From assembly GCA_035297105.1 (NCBI GenBank), contig DATGZO010000006.1:5415-69414 (forward strand): a stretch of 64,000 bases of DNA, written 5' to 3'. The position numbers and the translations under genes were made by a program. The DNA comes from Thermoplasmata archaeon. GTDB taxonomy: Archaea > Thermoplasmatota > Thermoplasmata > Lutacidiplasmatales > UBA184. Below are positions 57,413 through 64,000 of the stretch, piece after piece; positions within the stretch are counted from its first letter, which is position 1; each line of letters begins with the position of its first letter. The notes below the pieces were generated by a model. The model was given only the letters and a program-made list of their open reading frames with translations, was not told the DNA's origin and did no database searches.

Positions 57413-58165
57413 TTGTTCCGGGAGCTACGGGCCCGATTCCTGGACCGACATGCTGCCTCCGATGGATGGGTCCTGGACCTGGGGTCGGGTCCGGGCCGAT
57501 TCTTATCGCATATCGGTCGACCCGGGACACGCCGCGTGGCCCTCGACCTTTCCGTGGAGATGCTGCGACGCGTGGAACGGCAGGGCCGGACTCCGCCCGA
57601 ACTAGTCCGGGGAGACGGAGTCAGTCCGCCTTTCCGGCCGGGCGCCTTCGGCGAGGTGGTGGTGTTGGGGAACGCCCTCGGGTTTGCGGGGAGCGAATCG
57701 GACCGTCTCTTGGTCGCGGCCGGCGACCTCGTCGGCCCCGGGGGGTCGCTGATCCTCGAGATCGTGGCGGGAGCTGGGGAGAGGGCACGGTACCTGTGTC
57801 GGCTTCCGGCTAGCAGCCTCGGGCGACTCTTCCGGGTCCCGACACCAGCCCTCGTGGCCCGGGTTGACCGCGAGGGTTTCGCCCTCGATCCCCCCCGGAA
57901 GTCCGATCCCGGCACCTTCCGGAGGTACATTCCGGATGAACTCAAGGAAATGATGACTCGGAGAGGTTGGTGGATCGAGGAGACAATGGCGGTCGCCCCC
58001 GCCTTGGGCGGAGACCGGGAGAGACTCGAGGGGGTCGCACCCGACCCGCTCGCGTGGGCCCATCTTCTCGAGTTGGAGGAGAGCGTAGGTCACCGGGAGG
58101 AGCGAACCCGAAGGGCCGCGGCCGTTCTGGTCGCCGTTCGCCGCCCGGCGCTCGGGAGCGCATGA
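57413..58165 (+). CDS. Class I SAM-dependent methyltransferase (true start probably further upstream)
   Basis: VLDLGSGPG, ALDLS..ML, VRGDG; the frame stays open and protein-like upstream of TTG 57413. Confidence 0.85.
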   Translation: MFRELRARFLDRHAASDGWVLDLGSGPGRFLSHIGRPGTRRVALDLSVEMLRRVERQGRTPPELVRGDGVSPPFRPGAFGEVVVLGNALGFAGSESDRLLVAAGDLVGPGGSLILEIVAGAGERARYLCRLPASSLGRLFRVPTPALVARVDREGFALDPPRKSDPGTFRRYIPDELKEMMTRRGWWIEETMAVAPALGGDRERLEGVAPDPLAWAHLLELEESVGHREERTRRAAAVLVAVRRPALGSA

Positions 58166-58206
58166 TTAAGTAACTTGGGTCGCCCATCTTCTCAGTAACT
58201 GAGTTA

Positions 58207-60984
58207 ATGGCGAAGGTTACCCCCGCCACGACCGCGACGGACGCCGATCCCCCTTCCAAGGGCGGAACCGCTGCCGCCTCGTCCACCAAGACCACGAAGC
58301 CGAAGGGTCCCGCACCGACCTCACGATCGGTCACGGTCCCCCAACCCGAGGACATGGAACATGCGAAGGAGGATGCCCTCCTCCAGCTCCGTATCGGCCG
58401 TTCCGCCCACCTCTATGCGGTCCTGATCTCGGCCGCCCTCGCTCTCGACGGGATCCTGGTCCTGCTGCTCGACCCGACCCTCCCCCAGCTACCGGCTTCC
58501 GCCTCCGGACTCGTCGCGCTGAACGACAGCATCTTCCTCTTGATCCCGATCGCCGCCGGAGTAACGATCGCGGCCATCGCTCTAGTTACGAAGTGGGAGG
58601 CCTACCAGCTGTGGCCGTGGGAGCTCCACTTCTCAATGACGGTCGGGGCCGTCGGCTTGAACGGCCTCATCGCGGTGGTCTACGCCACGCGCCTCGCCGG
58701 TGTCGGACCGTTCGCCCACCTGGCCCTGGTCCCCTGGTTCTATCCGGTGACCCTCGTCGGGATCAGCGTAGCGTTTCTCGGACTCGCGCTCACCTGGACC
58801 AAGTGGTCGGTACATCAGTGGACGAGCACGCTGTGCGCCGTCCTGCCGATCGCGAGCGCGGCGTTCCTGTTCGTGGCGACTCCGAGTGGAGCGTCGGGGG
58901 CGGCCGGACTCGCGATCAGCCTCTTCCTCTCCGCCATCCTCTACCAGACCTCGGGTTCCTTCCTCCACCTCATCTCTTCCGGTACGCGGCCCCACGAGCG
59001 GGAACTGATCACCTCCGGTCAGAGCCGGATGTTCCGCCTCGCCGACGAGGTCCGCGGCAAGGAGGAGAGCCTCCACTTCCGGGAAGCCGCGATCCTGAAG
59101 CGCGAGTCGGACGCTGAGAACGCCGAGGCGTCGATCGCCCGGCAGAACGATTCCCTGAAGGAGGGTCGCCAACAGCTCGACGACCTCGAGCTCGATTACC
59201 GGAAGCGGTCGGACGATCTGATCGACCGGGAACGGACTTGGGCCGGCAGGCTCGCCGAGATGGATGCCCGGACCCGACTCACGGAGGATAAGGGCAAGGC
59301 GATCGAGCTCCGGGAACAGGAGGTCGGGCGACTCGTCCCCCAGGTCTCGGCTCGCGAGCAACGGCTGGTCGAGCGCGAGGCGGAGCAGACCCGGCGCGAC
59401 GTCGAGATCACGCAGCGCGCCCAGGAACTCGAGCGACGTTTCGGCACGCTACCCGAAATGGAAGCGCGCCTCGAAGCCCGTCGCAAGGACCTGGACCAGA
59501 AGACCGCGGAACTGTTGCGACGCGAAGGAGAGGTCGTCTCGCTGGAGACCGCGTCCAAGAACGGGCTGAAGGCTCCGACCAGCGCGCAGGCCGACCTGAC
59601 CACGCGCGAGATCAAGCTCCAGCAGTTCAAGGCGGTGCTCGACGAGGCGAACGTCGCGCTCGGTCGCCGCTCCCGCGAGACCACCGACAAGGCGAATCAG
59701 GTGCAGGATGCGCAGAAGAAGCTCGCCGACCGCGAGGGGGCGCTCGCCGCCCGCGAGGCGACCTTGAAACAGCGCGAGGCGGAGCTCGATCAGATCCGCC
59801 AGGCGGCGGAGGACCGACGCGCCCAGTACGATAGTGCCTCGAAGGATTACACGGGACGGGTGGACGAGCTGGGCCGCCAGCAGGCGGAGACCGCGCAAAA
59901 GGCCGCGGACCTCGACCGTACCCTCAAGACCCTATCGGATCGAGAAGCCGTACTGGCCGCCCGGGAACAACGGATGACCTCCGACCGCTCCAGCCTCGAG
60001 CAGCGGGAGCAGATCCTGACGTCCCGCGAGCGGCGGCTGGACGCCAACGAGGCCGAAGCCGGTCTCCGTCGTGCCGCGCTCTCCCAGACCAGCAACCTCT
60101 CCATGGCCGGCATGGCCGCCGTCGCGGCGGCGGGCCGGCTCGACGACACGTCGCGCTCGTCCGCCCGCTCGCGCGCGACCGACTCGACGACGGTTACCGA
60201 CCTCGCCGGGGAGACCGGTGGGGGAGCGAGCGAGACCCTACGGGCGGGAACGCCCCACACCGACGTGCAACGACTCCCCACGGGAATCCCCCGGTTGGAC
60301 GACCTCCTGGTGGGAGGCCTGCCCGCGAAAGCCCACATCGTCCTCCTCGGGGATGCCTTCGTCGGGAAGGAGATCGTCCTCTACTCCTTCATCGCCGAAG
60401 GACTGAAGCGGGGCGAGCCGGCCCTCCTCGTGACCGGGTCCCGGTCGCCGGAGGAGGTCGCCGCCAGCCTCGGGGTCGTTCTCCCCCAATTCAAGGACTA
60501 CGAGCAGCTCGGCCTCGTCACCTGGATCGATGCGTCCGGCTCGACGGCCCCCGCGACGCCCCATCGACTGAGGGCGACGGGGCCGGAGGACCGGGCCGGG
60601 ATCCTCACGAACCTCGTGAAGGCCTCGAAGGGATTCGAGGACGTCCACCAGACCCCGTTCCGGGTCGGGTTCCTGGGTCTCTCGGCCGTCCTCGCGGGGG
60701 GCGACGCGCGGACCGGGCTCTCCTTCCTCCAGAACGCGGTCGGGATCCTGAAGATCCGCGACGCGCTCGCGATGTACTCCCTCGAAGGGGGGGCGATCTC
60801 GGACGCCCAGGTCGAGGCCCTCCTCAGCCGGATGGACGGCGCAATCCTCTTCCGCCAGGACCGGGACAAGACCTTCCTGTCGGTCAAGGGGCTGGGTGAA
60901 GTCCAGACCCATGACTGGGTCGAGTGCCGGGCGACGAACCGCGCGCTGATCATCGGGTCCTTCGCACTCGAACGGATCCGCTGA
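58207..60984 (+). CDS. Multi-TM + long coiled coil + degenerate KaiC/RAD55-like ATPase domain
   Basis: About 6 TM helices, ~350 aa E/R/L/A heptad region, then PTGIPRLDDLLVGGLP...GDAFVGKE. Confidence 0.85.
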   Translation: MAKVTPATTATDADPPSKGGTAAASSTKTTKPKGPAPTSRSVTVPQPEDMEHAKEDALLQLRIGRSAHLYAVLISAALALDGILVLLLDPTLPQLPASASGLVALNDSIFLLIPIAAGVTIAAIALVTKWEAYQLWPWELHFSMTVGAVGLNGLIAVVYATRLAGVGPFAHLALVPWFYPVTLVGISVAFLGLALTWTKWSVHQWTSTLCAVLPIASAAFLFVATPSGASGAAGLAISLFLSAILYQTSGSFLHLISSGTRPHERELITSGQSRMFRLADEVRGKEESLHFREAAILKRESDAENAEASIARQNDSLKEGRQQLDDLELDYRKRSDDLIDRERTWAGRLAEMDARTRLTEDKGKAIELREQEVGRLVPQVSAREQRLVEREAEQTRRDVEITQRAQELERRFGTLPEMEARLEARRKDLDQKTAELLRREGEVVSLETASKNGLKAPTSAQADLTTREIKLQQFKAVLDEANVALGRRSRETTDKANQVQDAQKKLADREGALAAREATLKQREAELDQIRQAAEDRRAQYDSASKDYTGRVDELGRQQAETAQKAADLDRTLKTLSDREAVLAAREQRMTSDRSSLEQREQILTSRERRLDANEAEAGLRRAALSQTSNLSMAGMAAVAAAGRLDDTSRSSARSRATDSTTVTDLAGETGGGASETLRAGTPHTDVQRLPTGIPRLDDLLVGGLPAKAHIVLLGDAFVGKEIVLYSFIAEGLKRGEPALLVTGSRSPEEVAASLGVVLPQFKDYEQLGLVTWIDASGSTAPATPHRLRATGPEDRAGILTNLVKASKGFEDVHQTPFRVGFLGLSAVLAGGDARTGLSFLQNAVGILKIRDALAMYSLEGGAISDAQVEALLSRMDGAILFRQDRDKTFLSVKGLGEVQTHDWVECRATNRALIIGSFALERIR

Positions 60985-62018
60985 CGCGGGGTCGTGCTAC
61001 GGGGCTTTCCGACCGACAGAAGGCGTTCCTTCTCGTACTCTTTGCTCCCCTCTTCGCGGAGATGGTGAGCGGCTCCACCCCTCCGCTCGCGTTCGTGTTC
61101 CCGTGGGTCCTCGGGATCTTCATGATGATCTACGGGGCCAGCGCGCTCCTGATCCGGGAGGCGACGATCCGGTGGAAGACCGGCCCGGCGGGGGTCATCT
61201 CCCTCGGCCTCGCGTTCGGGATCCTCAACGAAGGGATGGCGGCTCACTCCCTCTTCAACCCCTCTTGGCCCGACCTCGGCCGCCTCGCCGGGTTCGGGTA
61301 CTACGGCGGCGTGAACTGGATCTGGACCGAGTGGATAGTCCCGTTCCACGCCGTCTGGAGCATGGCGTTCCCGATCCTGCTCGTCCGGCAATTCTGGCCC
61401 GACATCCGGGACCGCCCCCTCGTGTCACTCCGGTGGTTGGCCCTCGTAGTCCCGATTCCGTTCCTCGGCGCCGCGATCACGACGGCCTGGTTCATCGGGT
61501 ACCCGCCGACCCTCGTCGAATGGATGGGGATGGGTGGCGCACTCCTCCTCCTCGTCTTCCTCACCTACCATTACGTACCTCGCCTTCGGAGCTGGCGTCC
61601 CCTCGGGAACTACGTCCCTACCCCTCGAACGGCGGCCGTGGTCGGGGTGCTGTTCTTCCTTGTCGGTCAGGTCGGGATCTTCTCGACCGCGGGGCTGGGG
61701 CTGAGCGCGGCGGTCGTGTTCCTCCTGGTCGTCCTCCTGTTCGGGGCGTTCGCCCTCTTCGGCACGGCCTTCCGCGACGATCGTTCGGGGGAGCGCGCCC
61801 GCTTCGCGTGGACGATCGGGGGCACCGGTTTCTACGTCGCCCTCTCGCCGTTCTCGGAGTTCTTCCTGGGGAGGGCCGGCCTGGTCCCCATCGACGTGGC
61901 GTTCCTCGCCTTCGTCGTCTGGCTCTACCGCCAGCGCGCCGCGGGACCGGAGGGGCTCGCCGGGGTTCCACCGGCCGGCGCGACGGGCGAGCCGGGCGCC
62001 CCGGTGGGCTCGACGTAA
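60924..62018 (+). CDS. Polytopic membrane protein of unknown function
   Basis: About 9-10 hydrophobic segments, APLFAEMVSGS, YG...LIRE, NEG, FHAVWS. Start uncertain. Confidence 0.75.
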   Translation: MPGDEPRADHRVLRTRTDPLTRGRATGLSDRQKAFLLVLFAPLFAEMVSGSTPPLAFVFPWVLGIFMMIYGASALLIREATIRWKTGPAGVISLGLAFGILNEGMAAHSLFNPSWPDLGRLAGFGYYGGVNWIWTEWIVPFHAVWSMAFPILLVRQFWPDIRDRPLVSLRWLALVVPIPFLGAAITTAWFIGYPPTLVEWMGMGGALLLLVFLTYHYVPRLRSWRPLGNYVPTPRTAAVVGVLFFLVGQVGIFSTAGLGLSAAVVFLLVVLLFGAFALFGTAFRDDRSGERARFAWTIGGTGFYVALSPFSEFFLGRAGLVPIDVAFLAFVVWLYRQRAAGPEGLAGVPPAGATGEPGAPVGST

Positions 62019-62983
62019 TCGCGCCGGTCCGCGAGGTACCGGGGCGTTTCGCCGGCGAAGAACCGCCGCACGTTCTCCACAGCCATCCTCAGGCTGTACT
62101 CCTCCGCCCCCGGGACCGCGCCGGCGGAATGCGGCGTCCCTACGAAGTTCGGCAGGTGGGTCCAGGGAAATCGCTGGCCGAGGGTGCCGGCTTGGTAGTC
62201 CTCGTCCCACCAGACGTCGAGCGCGACCCGGAACGTGGGATGAGCGGACAGATGCTGGAAGAGGGCTGCCTCGTCGACCGTACCTGCCCGACCCACGTTG
62301 ACGTAGATCGCGGTCAAGCGCATGCGGGCGAGTTGGTCCGCACCGATCGAGGCCCGGGTCGCCCGCGTCAGAGGGCGGACGTCAAAGACCACGTCCGCGT
62401 CGGCCAGCGCCTCCTCCAGCCGGTGGGCCGGGTATACCGCGTCGAGCTCCGGTGCCATTCGGCCGTTCCGGTTCAGCCCGACCCGACGCACGCCGAATCC
62501 CGCGAGGCGGCGTGCGATCTCGGTACCGATCGCGCCGTACCCAAGGATGAGGGCGGTCGTTCCCACGAGCGAGATCGCCGGCGGCGGGGGCCGAAGGCGA
62601 CCCTCCGCGACCATCCGGTCGCTCGTCCGAAGGGAACGAGCTGCGGCGAGCGCGAGGGCCACGGCGTGTTCGGCCACGAAGGGAGCGAATCCCCCCACGT
62701 TCCCTGCGATGCGGACGCTCTCGGGGAATCGCTCGAACGGGAAACCGTCGAGACCCGTGTAGGCCCGTTGGACAAAGGCGAGCTTCGGTGTGGTCTCGGC
62801 CCGGAAATCGCCGAGCTCCCGTTCCACCGACCCGACGAGGAGGGCCTCGACTGACGCGAGGTCGGCCCCCTCGGTTTCTGCGGCAAAGCGCCAAGGAACC
62901 TCCGGGAGGAATGCGTCCACGGTCGATGCGACCGAATCCCTCCGGCGCAGGGCCACGAGGAGCCGAGGCGGGGACCGATCCAT
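61925..62983 (-). CDS. D-isomer-specific 2-hydroxyacid dehydrogenase
   Basis: VAEHA, GYGAIG, NVGRAG, ALDVW, TPHSAG. Start at 62983 or 63010. Confidence 0.92.
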   Translation of the reverse strand: MDRSPPRLLVALRRRDSVASTVDAFLPEVPWRFAAETEGADLASVEALLVGSVERELGDFRAETTPKLAFVQRAYTGLDGFPFERFPESVRIAGNVGGFAPFVAEHAVALALAAARSLRTSDRMVAEGRLRPPPPAISLVGTTALILGYGAIGTEIARRLAGFGVRRVGLNRNGRMAPELDAVYPAHRLEEALADADVVFDVRPLTRATRASIGADQLARMRLTAIYVNVGRAGTVDEAALFQHLSAHPTFRVALDVWWDEDYQAGTLGQRFPWTHLPNFVGTPHSAGAVPGAEEYSLRMAVENVRRFFAGETPRYLADRRDYVEPTGAPGSPVAPAGGTPASPSGPAARWR

Positions 62984-63042
62984 GGCGAACCCAAGTCCCC
63001 CGGGGTTCATCTCCCTCTCCCCTGCCGGCGCAGGAGGAGGGG

Positions 63043-64000
63043 TCAATGGTGCGCCGGCGGGGCCGCGGAGGGGGACGTCATCTCGATCGCTGCCTCGACG
63101 GTGTGCGCCGCCTTTTCCGCGAAGGCGCGCGCTTCCTCCGTCGTCTTCCCTCGGGCGACCGCGACGCCGAGTCGACGGTCCGGGTACGCCTCGGGCTTGC
63201 CGAAGAGGAAGATCCGGACGCCGGACGGCGCGAGCGCGGTCGAAAGTCCCCCGTACGAGGGCGCCCACCCCGAGGACGAGGCGAGGATCACGTGCGCGGC
63301 GGCGGGAGTGGTCGGCTCCGGGCCCGTGTACGGGAGCCCCAGGATCGCCCGGGCGTGCAGCGCGAACTCGCTGTTCCATTGGCTGCCCAGCGTGACCAGA
63401 CCGGTATCGTGAGGGCGAGGAGAGACCTCGCTGAAGTAGACCGTCCCGCCCTTCACGAAGCATTCCACCCCGAAGATACCGACCCCGCCCAGCTGGTCGG
63501 TCACGGCCGTCGCGGTCGACTCGAGCCCGCGGGCCACGTCGGGGGGGAAGACCTCGGGCTGCCAGCTCTCATGGTAGAGCGTGCCGGGCCGAAGATGGGC
63601 GACCGGCTCCATGACCGACGTCACGACCCGACCCTCCGGGTTGTAGTGGCGGAGGGTGAGCATCGTCACTTCCCGGTCGAAGGGGATGAACTCCTCGACC
63701 ATCACCCGGGCATTTCGAACTCGGCCGTGCTCGCTAGCCTCGAGGTAGGCGGCCTCGACGGCGCCCGCATCCCGTACGACCGACATCCCGTGCCCGGAGC
63801 TCGACATCACTGCCTTGAAGACGCACGGCACGCCCAGGTCGCGAACGGCCTGCTGCGCCTCGGCGACGCTCCCGACCATCGCGAAGGCGCTCGCCTTGAC
63901 GTGGGCCTTCTCGGTCGCCAGTCGGCGGATCCGTTCCCGGTCCATCGTGGCCCTCGTCGACTCGGCCCGGGGGATGACCGTCCAGCCCTCCTCTTCGAGT
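63043..64000 (-). CDS. purT: Formate-dependent phosphoribosylglycinamide formyltransferase, 5' end outside window
   Basis: MDRERIRRLA, MSSSGHG, EVSPRPHDTG, SEFALHARAILG, FGKP...RRLGVA. Confidence 0.95.
   Translation of the reverse strand, partial: LEEEGWTVIPRAESTRATMDRERIRRLATEKAHVKASAFAMVGSVAEAQQAVRDLGVPCVFKAVMSSSGHGMSVVRDAGAVEAAYLEASEHGRVRNARVMVEEFIPFDREVTMLTLRHYNPEGRVVTSVMEPVAHLRPGTLYHESWQPEVFPPDVARGLESTATAVTDQLGGVGIFGVECFVKGGTVYFSEVSPRPHDTGLVTLGSQWNSEFALHARAILGLPYTGPEPTTPAAAHVILASSSGWAPSYGGLSTALAPSGVRIFLFGKPEAYPDRRLGVAVARGKTTEEARAFAEKAAHTVEAAIEMTSPSAAPPAHH

Noticed and set aside
61925..62983. 2-hydroxyacid dehydrogenase as the sulfolactate dehydrogenase partner of ComA
   Set aside because: About 16 kb away, downstream of purT and not of the ComC family; no supporting evidence.

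Overview
High-GC archaeal chromosomal DNA, most likely from Thermoplasmata (inferred from thermopsins, archaeal-type TpiA, pyrBI, archaeal RNase P RNA, TATA-box promoters and a bacterial-type ThrRS). Housekeeping genes: thrS, pyrB-pyrI, a deoxyhypusine synthase homologue, tldD-pmbA, ilvE, tpiA, acs, purT and an alpha-glucan cluster (GT4-GH57-GH15-ROK). Two elements are missing from the ORF track: the RNase P RNA gene (3456-3767) and a 47-aa zinc-ribbon microprotein (57000-57143). The best candidate for a new system lies at 20.4-25.4 kb. It comprises a full-length IS630 transposase homologue with all three catalytic positions substituted, two tandem TasA/camelysin-like proteins with SipW-type signal peptides, a SipW-type signal peptidase fused to a degenerate CPBP membrane domain, and a DUF5305-like protein. 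This is a candidate biofilm-filament operon, followed by a G1 peptidase and two thermopsins. Also notable: a dif-like 28-bp site beside a vapBC module with a degenerate PIN toxin, a ComA-wHTH fusion, two STAND-like ATPases, and a membrane/coiled-coil/pseudo-KaiC protein. No tRNA, rRNA or CRISPR array was recognised. All family calls come from motif recognition by eye, not database searches.
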